Below, in pieces: positions 1 to 7,752 of a stretch of DNA of 64,000 nucleotides. The DNA lies in the IMG/VR virus record IMGVR_UViG_3300049052_000033, positions 1 to 64,000 of that record; one strand, 5' to 3'. Position numbers and translations under genes: made by a program. Positions within the stretch are counted from its first letter, which is position 1; each line of letters begins with the position of its first letter. Origin of the DNA: a virus (Duplodnaviria; Caudoviricetes). The notes below the pieces were generated by a model. It had not been told where the DNA came from, searched no databases, and saw only the letters and a list, made by a program, of their open reading frames with translations.

Positions 1-74
1 CCAGAGAGGCGGCGGCCGGCAAGTTTCTGGAATTGCAAGAATTGATATAAACTTGATGCAAAGTAACTACTGGA

Positions 75-533
75 GTGTTCCGCGTGAAGTTTCGTTCCGT
101 CGCTGGCCGCATGGCCGCCGCCTCTCTGGCTTTGACCGCAAGCGCGGTGTTTGCCGCGCCCGCTCCCATGTTGCTGCTGTTTGGCGGGGAAGGGCACAAA
201 ACGTTCCTCGGCTGCATCAACTGCGGCAAGTCCGACCCGGGCGCCATCTGCAACAAACTTGGCGACCATGGCAGCACTTACGCCGACCAGAGCATCTGGA
301 ACATGTATGGCAACTTCGGTGGCCGGTACAGCGACTATTCACCGTGGAACCCCTACGCCGGGTCACCGCCGGCCATTGTCGACAAGCAGGGCACATTCTA
401 TGGCTACTTGGCTGCAAACAAGTACCTGCCGGACCGTACCCGGATGACGACGCTGGTCGAGCTGACAAACCTTTGGGAAATGGCCAGCAAAGAGCCTGGC
501 AAGCTGGCGGAAGCATTCTGCGAAGGCATGTAG
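75..533 (+). CDS. Putative secreted protein (moron-like)
   Basis: Signal-peptide-like N-terminus (AAASLALTASAVFAAP), CxxC, G/N/Y/W-rich body; start could be GTG 75 or ATG 111. Confidence 0.6.
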   Translation: MFRVKFRSVAGRMAAASLALTASAVFAAPAPMLLLFGGEGHKTFLGCINCGKSDPGAICNKLGDHGSTYADQSIWNMYGNFGGRYSDYSPWNPYAGSPPAIVDKQGTFYGYLAANKYLPDRTRMTTLVELTNLWEMASKEPGKLAEAFCEGM

Positions 534-615
534 TCGCCGCGTCGCTGTTTCACTTTCGCCAAGTCACAGGGCTATACTACACGCCATCTTCGTCACGTCG
601 TTCAAGGAGTTCACC

Positions 616-1581
616 ATGTGCTATTCCGCCCAGGTGTGGGCCGACTACAGAAAGTACGTTCGGGCTTACGGCGCCGACGTCAACTTCAGCGAATTTGCCC
701 GCCTGCTGGGCCTGCGCGTCGACGGTGAAAAGATCCCGCTGCCCAAGGGGCTGACCGACGCCTTCAAGTTCTGCACCCCGTCCAGCCCCGAAGAAGCGGA
801 GTGCCAACGATTGGCCATCGAATACGACATGGCGCAGATCCCCCAGCTGGAGGAAAAGCTATTCGCGCAGCGCCGGCGGCTTGCCGATGCAGAGCGCAGT
901 TTGTCCACCAAGGAGACCAAGAAGGCCCGGGAGGACAAGCGCATTGCGACTAACAAGGTGGAAGACCTGATGCGCAAGCTGGACGACCTGCAGCGCTCCG
1001 ATCACCGCGACCGCGACGACCGGATCTTCCCAGGGCACTTCTGTCCAGTCATGACCGTCGACGCTGACGGCAAGCTAATCGTTACACCGATGCGTTACCT
1101 GTGCCGGCCAGCTGGGAAGCCGGCCTTTTACGACGTGCGTTACCCCGGCACGTACAACGCTCGCCGGGATAACCTGCTGGGCTTCTGGAAGGGGCAATTC
1201 GCCAATACGCACGCGGTGCTGGTCGCCACGGCGTTCTTTGAAAACGTCAAACGCCACCGCCTGGAAGGCCGCGCGCTGGCCGAAGGCGAGGCAGAGGAAA
1301 ACGTGGTGCTGAAGTTCAGTCCCGACGACGGGCAGCCCATGCAGCTGGCCTGTCTGTGGTCGCACTGGACCGGCAAGGAACAGGCGGATCTGGATTCCTT
1401 TGCCGTCATCACGGACGAACCGCCGCCCGAAGTCGCAGCTGCTGGGCATGACCGCTGCCCGATCCCGCTCAAGGCATCCAACCTGGCTGCATGGCTGGCG
1501 CCTTCCGCGCCGCCGGATACGTACCAGGTGCTGCTGGATGACAAAATCCGCCCGTACTACGAACATCGCATGGCCGCTTGA
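616..1581 (+). CDS. SOS-response-associated peptidase (SRAP/HMCES/YedK family)
   Basis: N-terminal MC (catalytic Cys2), YNARRDNL, FFE, and HDRCP motifs; AAGGAG RBS. Confidence 0.9.
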   Translation: MCYSAQVWADYRKYVRAYGADVNFSEFARLLGLRVDGEKIPLPKGLTDAFKFCTPSSPEEAECQRLAIEYDMAQIPQLEEKLFAQRRRLADAERSLSTKETKKAREDKRIATNKVEDLMRKLDDLQRSDHRDRDDRIFPGHFCPVMTVDADGKLIVTPMRYLCRPAGKPAFYDVRYPGTYNARRDNLLGFWKGQFANTHAVLVATAFFENVKRHRLEGRALAEGEAEENVVLKFSPDDGQPMQLACLWSHWTGKEQADLDSFAVITDEPPPEVAAAGHDRCPIPLKASNLAAWLAPSAPPDTYQVLLDDKIRPYYEHRMAA

Positions 1582-1644
1582 CGTCACCGCGGCGCGAAAC
1601 CCGATACACTTGACGTACAGCAACCACTCTTATGAAAGGACTAC

Positions 1645-2022
1645 ATGTCGCTGCGTCAAACCCGTTGGATGTATTTCGCCCCTGCCGCCATTGCTTTCGT
1701 CCTGTCCGGATGCGCCAAGAACGGCCGCGCCTGGCTCATGGATAATAGCCCTTTACTTGACATGCTGTTCGAAGGCTGGAAGTTCCACTTCGGCGGTCTT
1801 TTGCTTGCTGGCCTGATGTTCTGGTGGTTCCGCCTGTCCTACAAGTACCGGGGAACGTGGACCCCACTGCTGGCGGCTGCCGCCGTCGCCGTGTCGTTCA
1901 GCAGCTACGGCTTGTACGTCGGCTACGAGTACACGCACGCGCCTTGCGAAGGCGACAAGCGCGACTGCCCGACCTATAAGGTGGAGCGCGGCCTGTATAA
2001 CCCGCAGCGCAACTGGTACTAA
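1645..2022 (+). CDS. Putative membrane lipoprotein
   Basis: Lipobox-like VLSGC followed by two hydrophobic segments. Confidence 0.5.
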   Translation: MSLRQTRWMYFAPAAIAFVLSGCAKNGRAWLMDNSPLLDMLFEGWKFHFGGLLLAGLMFWWFRLSYKYRGTWTPLLAAAAVAVSFSSYGLYVGYEYTHAPCEGDKRDCPTYKVERGLYNPQRNWY

Positions 2023-2081
2023 TTTCCCCAGCTGGGCATGCCGGCGACACGTCCGCCGGCAGCGCCGCCACCACCCTGGAC

Positions 2082-3596
2082 GTGATGAACGCCGTAAGGA
2101 ACCACATGGAAGAAGACGTCGCACAACAACCCGCCGATCCACTCGACGCTATCTGGACGGGCGATCACCTCGGGCGCCGGGCCGACGCCGCCTACCTGTC
2201 GAAGTACTTGGCGAATCGCCATCTGCTAAAACCCGACGAGCCCGGGTTCGTGCTGGCGGTCAATGCCGACTGGGGCGTCGGTAAGACCTTCATGGTGCGC
2301 AACTGGTGCAAGCAAGCCGAGCACGAGGAACATCCTGCTGTCTGCTTTGACGCCTGGGCCAATGACTTCAGCAAGGAACCGCTGATCGGTTTCATTGCCT
2401 CGCTGGATGCCGCGCTGAAACCGCATTATGCCAAGGTCCCAGCTGCGCAAAAGCTGCGTCGTGAATTGCTTGCAGCAGCCAAGCAGATCGTCATGCCAGT
2501 TACCAAGGTCGTGGGCGCTGCCGCGAGTAAAAAGGTGCTGGGGCTCACCATGGACCAGGTTGCCGACCTATTCGACGGCGACAACGGGGACGACCACACG
2601 AAACACGAGGGCGGGGCCGTGTCCAAGGAAGATTTCCAGAAAATCGGCAAGGACCTGAGCAAAGCCATGGAAGATGCCTTGAAAGCGCACCAGTCGACGG
2701 CCAGGGCGATCCAGGCCTTCAAGGACAAGTTTGGCTTGCTGATCGCGGCGCTCCGCAAGGAAGCCAACGTCCAGCTGCCGGTCTACGTATTCGTGGATGA
2801 ACTGGACCGTTGCCGGCCGGACTACGCGATCGCACTGCTGGAAGGCATCAAACACCTGTTTGGTATTCCAGGTTTGTACTTCGTCATCGCCACCAATATC
2901 GAACAGCTGGCGCATTCCATTAAGGCCGTTTATGGCGAAAGCTTTGACGCAGTGCGCTACCTCAAACGCTTTTTTGACATGGAGTTCACGCTTCCGATAC
3001 CTGACACGACTAAGTTCGCCATCGAGCTGCTGTCAAAAATCATTGCTCCCGATCCGCAACATCAAGTCTGGGGCTTCAATCAGGTTCTTCCCCAGTTCCC
3101 GCTTCCCGCTGAGGAATGGCTGCCATATACGTTTGTCCGCTATGCGCGTGCCTTCCGATTGGAACTGCGCGACATGCAGCAGGCCGCCCATATTCTGGAG
3201 GCATGTTTCCTAACCATGAAAAGCCAGCAGATCCACATGCACTGGCTCATCTTTTTGGTCGTTCTCTACCAGCGTGATACGACGCTGTACCACCAGGCAG
3301 TGAAGCAGAAACAAATATTGCCGGATCTCGTGAGCAAGCTTGATACCAACAACGATTTGCAGTTTGTGGTCCCGGCGCATCAAATGGGTTGGGAGAACCC
3401 GCCCACAAAGAATGTCAACATCCTTACGGTCATTGAGCCTTTTTTCTCGGCACTGCGTGGGAACGTAGTTGAGTCAAAGCACGACGTTTCGCATACTTTC
3501 CCCGACAACTTGGGAGGCAGCATAAAGCGCGCGCTGCATGATGGCGCAATCCATAGTTACACTGAATTGGTGCCACGCGCTGGGCGCTTTACCTAA
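2082..3596 (+). CDS. KAP-family P-loop NTPase
   Basis: Walker A ADWGVGKTF, FDAW motif, Walker B VFVDELDRCRP, YLKRFFD motif. Confidence 0.9.
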   Translation: MMNAVRNHMEEDVAQQPADPLDAIWTGDHLGRRADAAYLSKYLANRHLLKPDEPGFVLAVNADWGVGKTFMVRNWCKQAEHEEHPAVCFDAWANDFSKEPLIGFIASLDAALKPHYAKVPAAQKLRRELLAAAKQIVMPVTKVVGAAASKKVLGLTMDQVADLFDGDNGDDHTKHEGGAVSKEDFQKIGKDLSKAMEDALKAHQSTARAIQAFKDKFGLLIAALRKEANVQLPVYVFVDELDRCRPDYAIALLEGIKHLFGIPGLYFVIATNIEQLAHSIKAVYGESFDAVRYLKRFFDMEFTLPIPDTTKFAIELLSKIIAPDPQHQVWGFNQVLPQFPLPAEEWLPYTFVRYARAFRLELRDMQQAAHILEACFLTMKSQQIHMHWLIFLVVLYQRDTTLYHQAVKQKQILPDLVSKLDTNNDLQFVVPAHQMGWENPPTKNVNILTVIEPFFSALRGNVVESKHDVSHTFPDNLGGSIKRALHDGAIHSYTELVPRAGRFT

Positions 3597-3610
3597 GCCC
3601 AAACACGCGC

Positions 3611-4225
3611 TTATGGGGCGACAACCTTGCAACGCCAAGACTGCGTGTGATACCTGCATGTCAGTTCGTTATAGTAGGTTCCTTCCAGCTTCAACATGCC
3701 GTTCTTAATGAAGAACACTTCAGCCCTGACCATGAACGGGATGACATCGACCGTCCCGTTCATGAGGCGGGCCACCGGTGTCGAGCGTCCAAAGGGCGCG
3801 AAGAACTCGTAGTCCAGTGACAACTGCCCTTCCGGATAATTGCTCTCGCGCCGGAATGCCTCCTGCCATCGCTTGACCGGCGTGCCGTCGGCAAAGAAGC
3901 ACTGGTGTATCGCCACCCGCCGGGGGATACGGCAACGCCACGACTGCGCGTGGTATTTACCCTTCAGATCATCGTAGTAGGTCCCCTCGACCTTCATCAG
4001 GCCGTCTTTGAGGAAGAACACTTCCGCCTTGATCATGGGCGGGATGACGTCGACGGCGCCATCCATCAGCCGGGCGACCTTCGTCCACCGGCCAAACGGC
4101 TCGTGAAACTCGTAGTCCAGGGTCAGCGCCCCCTGCGCCACCACGGCATCACGCCCAGGTGTACCCTGCCCGCGCTTCGTCGGAGTGCCATCATCCAAAA
4201 AGCACCGGTGTACCGCCACATGCAT
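3611..4225 (-). CDS. SOS-box-preceded protein made of two tandem ~100-aa homologous domains
   Basis: Internal repeat VAVHRCFLDDGTP...LDYEF..PFGR.T.VARLM.G.VDVIP...EGTYY....YH.QSWRC occurs twice; start placed at MHVAVH (4225). Confidence 0.75.
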   Translation of the reverse strand: MHVAVHRCFLDDGTPTKRGQGTPGRDAVVAQGALTLDYEFHEPFGRWTKVARLMDGAVDVIPPMIKAEVFFLKDGLMKVEGTYYDDLKGKYHAQSWRCRIPRRVAIHQCFFADGTPVKRWQEAFRRESNYPEGQLSLDYEFFAPFGRSTPVARLMNGTVDVIPFMVRAEVFFIKNGMLKLEGTYYNELTCRYHTQSWRCKVVAP

Positions 4226-4244
4226 GGTTCTTTCACTCAATAAA

Positions 4245-4264
4245 TACTGTATGTTTGTACAGTA
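4245..4264. promoter_or_regulatory. LexA (SOS) box
   Basis: TACTGTATGTTTGTACAGTA matches CTGT-N8-ACAG with TA flanks, about 20 bp upstream of the 4225 start. Confidence 0.85.
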
Positions 4265-4304
4265 TATCAGAGCCCGAATCCGCCCAGTACTGGCTTCGCG
4301 CGCA

Positions 4305-4347
4305 GTGCGGGTTTTCCCGCGCAACAAAGTACTGGGAAAACCCGCAC
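4305..4347. repeat. 14-bp perfect inverted repeat
   Basis: GTGCGGGTTTTCCC (4305-4318) / GGGAAAACCCGCAC (4334-4347); a competing CCCAGTACT/AGTACTGGG pair overlaps it. Confidence 0.75.
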
Positions 4348-4439
4348 AAACACCCCTAAAATTCGCCTCAATTCGATAAGTTGAAAAACTGTCCCTTGCG
4401 CAAAGGCTTGGCCTCCAACAAGTCTTTCAAGGCATCGAA

Positions 4440-4510
4440 GCCGCCGTAGTTCAGAGGTAGAACGGTCCTACAGGATGGATGCGTGGCTGGTTCGAGTCCA
4501 GCCGGCGGCA
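4440..4510 (+). pseudogene. tRNA-like element with a defective anticodon arm
   Basis: 7-bp acceptor stem GCCGCCG/CGGCGGC, D arm GTTC-AGAGGTA-GAAC, T arm GCTGG-TTCGAGT-CCAGC; anticodon arm cannot form the 5+7+5 geometry; no encoded CCA. Confidence 0.65.
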
Positions 4511-4563
4511 ACAAATGCAACACACAACGACGCCACTTTCCAGATAGGACTGGGCATAACCGT

Positions 4564-4641
4564 TGGGGTGTCGCCAAGCTGGTCGAAGGCACCGGGTTTT
4601 GATCCCGGCATACCAAGGTTCAAATCCTTGCGCCCTATCCA
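4564..4641 (+). tRNA. tRNA-Gln (anticodon TTG)
   Basis: Full cloverleaf; anticodon arm CCGGG-TTTTGAT-CCCGG; T loop TTCAAAT; encoded CCA. Confidence 0.93.
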
Positions 4642-4647
4642 AACACT

Positions 4648-4722
4648 TGTCATGTAGCTCAGAGGCAGAGCGTCGGATTGTTAATCCGGTGGTCGCTGGT
4701 TCGATCCCAGCCTTGACAGCCA
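4648..4722 (+). tRNA. tRNA-Asn (anticodon GTT)
   Basis: Full cloverleaf; anticodon arm TCGGA-TTGTTAA-TCCGG; T loop TTCGATC; encoded CCA; one T-T mismatch in the acceptor stem. Confidence 0.93.
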
Positions 4723-4730
4723 GAATATCC

Positions 4731-4763
4731 AAGCCCGAGGCGCGCCCGCCCGGGCTTTTTTTT
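4731..4763 (+). terminator. Intrinsic terminator after the tRNA cluster
   Basis: AAGCCCG...CGGGCTT stem followed by a T-run. Confidence 0.75.
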
Positions 4764-4781
4764 CGTCCCGAGGACCGCACC

Positions 4782-5000
4782 ATGTCGCAGCACCGCAAGA
4801 TCAAAATCAGCCCCGAGTCGCTGCCGACGCGCGGCCCGCTGGGCCTGCTGGCACTCGTCTGGCTGCTGCTGGACCGCTTCCACGCCCCGGACATCGCATT
4901 CGGCGCGTTCTACGCCATTGCCGTCCTGATGCTGCTGGGCTTCGGTTACGCGTACTTTACAGAGCAGTACACCCCCGTCGAAGGCTTTGCCGGCTCGTAG
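4782..5000 (+). CDS. Small membrane protein (72 aa)
   Basis: GAGGA RBS, two hydrophobic helices. Confidence 0.6.
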   Translation: MSQHRKIKISPESLPTRGPLGLLALVWLLLDRFHAPDIAFGAFYAIAVLMLLGFGYAYFTEQYTPVEGFAGS

Positions 5001-5012
5001 GCCGGCACGGCC

Positions 5013-5096
5013 CCTGTACTCAGTCTTGGGCGTTGGCACCCATGCCGGGCGGTCTGGTCAACCACCGCGCAGCCAGCGTCCAAGCCTGAGTACAGG
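5013..5096 (+). ncRNA. Candidate structured small RNA
   Basis: About 24-bp interrupted closing stem (CCTGTACTCAG/CTGAGTACAGG etc.) enclosing two small hairpins; intergenic; terminator downstream. Confidence 0.35.
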
Positions 5097-5131
5097 ACAG
5101 ACTTTGCTTGCGTCTGAGCGTTCAGGCGTTT

Positions 5132-5163
5132 GCCCCGGGCCGCAAGGTCACCGGGGCTTTTTT
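5132..5163 (+). terminator. Intrinsic terminator
   Basis: GCCCCGG...CCGGGGC followed by TTTTTT. Confidence 0.75.
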
Positions 5164-5229
5164 ATTCCAGGGTCTCGCACACAGCATGCCAACGCGTCCG
5201 CTTGCCATTCCCGACAGCGGGAGCCTGTC

Positions 5230-5562
5230 ATGAGCCGCGCGCCGAAAGTCCTGCGCGCCTGGCAGTTCCATAACGACTCGCCAGCGCCGACCTGCTACGA
5301 CGCACGCAACCCTGCTGCACCGTGGCTGCCGGCCGACGAACTGGGCTACGACGATGCGCAGGACCGCATGGACGCCCGCGACTGGTTTGGCGGTGGGCAC
5401 GGTTCCGTTGCGCTGCGCGACGTGCAAGACCCTTACAGCGGCGGTGTCGTAACGGCATGTCGCAGGCCACCGGCGCGACCGGCACCCACCGCGGCGCCGA
5501 CCAGCATTCGCGTGCTCGAACAGATCGCGCAAGCCCTTCACGCCCCGCAAGTCAAACCGTAA
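5230..5562 (+). CDS. Hypothetical protein
   Basis: GGGAG RBS and high-GC3 codons from ATG 5230. Confidence 0.45.
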   Translation: MSRAPKVLRAWQFHNDSPAPTCYDARNPAAPWLPADELGYDDAQDRMDARDWFGGGHGSVALRDVQDPYSGGVVTACRRPPARPAPTAAPTSIRVLEQIAQALHAPQVKP

Positions 5563-5606
5563 CCGCTGCACCTGATGCAGGCGGCAACAGTAGTGAGTAC
5601 ACCGCC

Positions 5607-6236
5607 ATGACCAACGTAAAGGACACTTCGCCCCGTCAGATCGACTGGGACCTGATCGAAGCCGACTGGCGCGCCGGCATCAAAAGCCAGGCCCAGATGG
5701 CCGAACAATACGGCGTATCGCGCGCCGCCATGGTCAAACGCTTCGACAAATTGGGCATCACGCGCAACCTGGCGCCCAAGATCCGTGACGAAGCCAAGAC
5801 CAAAGTCAGCAAATCCATCATCAGCGCCGTACCGCGCGAGCAGGACGCCGCCAGCGAGAAGGAAGTTGTCGAGGCCAACGCCAACCTGCAATCGCAGATT
5901 GCGCTGGCCCATCGGCGCGATATCCAGCGCGCCCGCAAGCTGTCCATGTCGCTGCTGGACGAGCTGGAAAGCCAGACCGACCACCGCGACCTGATCGAGC
6001 AACTGGGCGACGCGTTGCTGGCCGACGACGACAAGACATTCGGCAAACGGCTGGAAGTGCTGGAACGCCTGACCTCCCTGGCGGCCCGCTCCAACACCCT
6101 GAAAACCCTGACAGATTCCCTGCGCTCCCTGGTGGCGTTAGAGCGCCAAGCCTTCGGCATGGACGAGGAAGAAGGCACCAGCGGCAGCGGTGTCGAAGAC
6201 GTCATTGCCCGCATCCTGAAGAAAAATGGCGGTTAA
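5607..6236 (+). CDS. Terminase small subunit (HTH type)
   Basis: IDWDLIEADWRAGIKS...YGVSRAAMVKR HTH pattern; overlaps the TerL start. Confidence 0.8.
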   Translation: MTNVKDTSPRQIDWDLIEADWRAGIKSQAQMAEQYGVSRAAMVKRFDKLGITRNLAPKIRDEAKTKVSKSIISAVPREQDAASEKEVVEANANLQSQIALAHRRDIQRARKLSMSLLDELESQTDHRDLIEQLGDALLADDDKTFGKRLEVLERLTSLAARSNTLKTLTDSLRSLVALERQAFGMDEEEGTSGSGVEDVIARILKKNGG

Positions 6237-7752
6237 TCAGGCTGAACTCGACCGCGTGGTCGAAATCCTGCGCAACGACATTGCGCAGCATTGCGAAACC
6301 TGCCTGTACCTGCAAGACAAGAGCGGCAAGCGCGTGCGGCTGGAGTTCAACAAGGCCCAGCGCTTCATCCACGCCCGCGTCGAAAAACAGCGCGTCGAGA
6401 CCGGGAAGGTCCGCGCCATCATCCTGAAAGGGCGACAGCAGGGCGCTTCGACGTACATCGGTGGCCGGTTTTACGCCATCAGCAGCATCAACCATGGCCG
6501 CAACGCCTTCATCGTGGCGCACGAACAAAAGGCGACCGACAACCTGTTCAAGATGGTCAAGCGCTATCACGAACACAACCCGTTCGCGCCATCGACCGGC
6601 AACACCAACAGCAAGGAACTGGTCTTTAACCGGCTGGACGGCGGCTACAAGCTTGCCACCGCCGGCTCCAAGGACGTCGGCCGCTCCAACACGGCGCAGC
6701 TGCTGCACGCATCCGAGTTCGCATTCTGGGACAACGCGGTCCTGCACCTGGCAGGCCTGGGCAACATCCTGTCCGATGCGGACGGCACCGAATTCATCAT
6801 CGAATCGACGGCCAACGGCGTCGGCGGCAAGTTCCACGAGTTGTGGCAGAACGCGGAAGCCGGCATCGGTGAATTCATCGCCATCTTCGTGCCTTGGTTC
6901 TGGCAGGACGAATACCGCGCCACCGTGCCCGACGACTTCGTGCTGTCACCGGAGGACGTCAAGTACCGCGACGCCTACGGGCTCGACATGGAGCAGATGG
7001 CGTGGCGGCGCAACAAGATCACCACCTACGGCAAGGGTTTCGAATGGCTGTTTGACCAGGAATATCCGGCGACGCCGGCGCTGGCCTTCCGCTCGTCCAC
7101 TGCCGACCCGCTGATCAACCCGACCACCGTCATGGCGGCCGTCAACAGCGGCTTCCGTGAGCGTTCGGGCGCGCTGCTGATCGGCTGCGACCCGGCCGAA
7201 TACGGCGCCGACCGCACCGCGATCGCGTTCCGCCAGGGACGCACCTGCTTCCAGATCGAGTACCACGAGAAAAAGGGGCCGATGGAAGTGGCGGGGCTGT
7301 TGGCCTCGTATTACCAGAAGTTCAATCCTGACGCGATCTTCGTGGACAAGATCGGCATTGGTTCCGGCATCGTGGACCGGCTCAAGGAGCTGGGCGTGCC
7401 GGTCATTGGCGTCAACAGCGCCGAACGCGCGCACGACCCCGAGCGCTACGCCAACAAGCGCGCCGAAATCTGGTACCGCCTCAAGGAATGGCTGGAAGAC
7501 GGTCCGAACCGCATACCGAACGAGCCGTCGCTGATCGCCGACATTTCGGCGCCAAGTTACAAGACCGCCTCCAACGGGTCACGCCTGATCGAGTCCAAGG
7601 ATTCGATGAAAAAGCGCGGGGTACGTTCGCCTGACGGCGCCGACGCCCTCGCCATGACGTTCGCCGAACCGGTCGTGCCGCGCGCCATGCGCGACGAACG
7701 CGACGGCGGCTATCAACAACCCAACCAGGCCGCCAGCAGCGCGGGCTACTGA
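6226..7752 (+). CDS. Terminase large subunit
   Basis: ILKGRQQGASTY Walker A, LLHASEFAFW Walker B, RNase-H nuclease motifs IGCDPA and DGADALAMTF. Confidence 0.93.
   Translation: MAVNQAELDRVVEILRNDIAQHCETCLYLQDKSGKRVRLEFNKAQRFIHARVEKQRVETGKVRAIILKGRQQGASTYIGGRFYAISSINHGRNAFIVAHEQKATDNLFKMVKRYHEHNPFAPSTGNTNSKELVFNRLDGGYKLATAGSKDVGRSNTAQLLHASEFAFWDNAVLHLAGLGNILSDADGTEFIIESTANGVGGKFHELWQNAEAGIGEFIAIFVPWFWQDEYRATVPDDFVLSPEDVKYRDAYGLDMEQMAWRRNKITTYGKGFEWLFDQEYPATPALAFRSSTADPLINPTTVMAAVNSGFRERSGALLIGCDPAEYGADRTAIAFRQGRTCFQIEYHEKKGPMEVAGLLASYYQKFNPDAIFVDKIGIGSGIVDRLKELGVPVIGVNSAERAHDPERYANKRAEIWYRLKEWLEDGPNRIPNEPSLIADISAPSYKTASNGSRLIESKDSMKKRGVRSPDGADALAMTFAEPVVPRAMRDERDGGYQQPNQAASSAGY

Noticed and set aside
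53-754. 233-aa ORF 53-754 and other alternative-frame ORFs over genes 75-533 and 616-1581
   Set aside because: Arg/Pro-rich off-frame translations that overlap better-supported genes.
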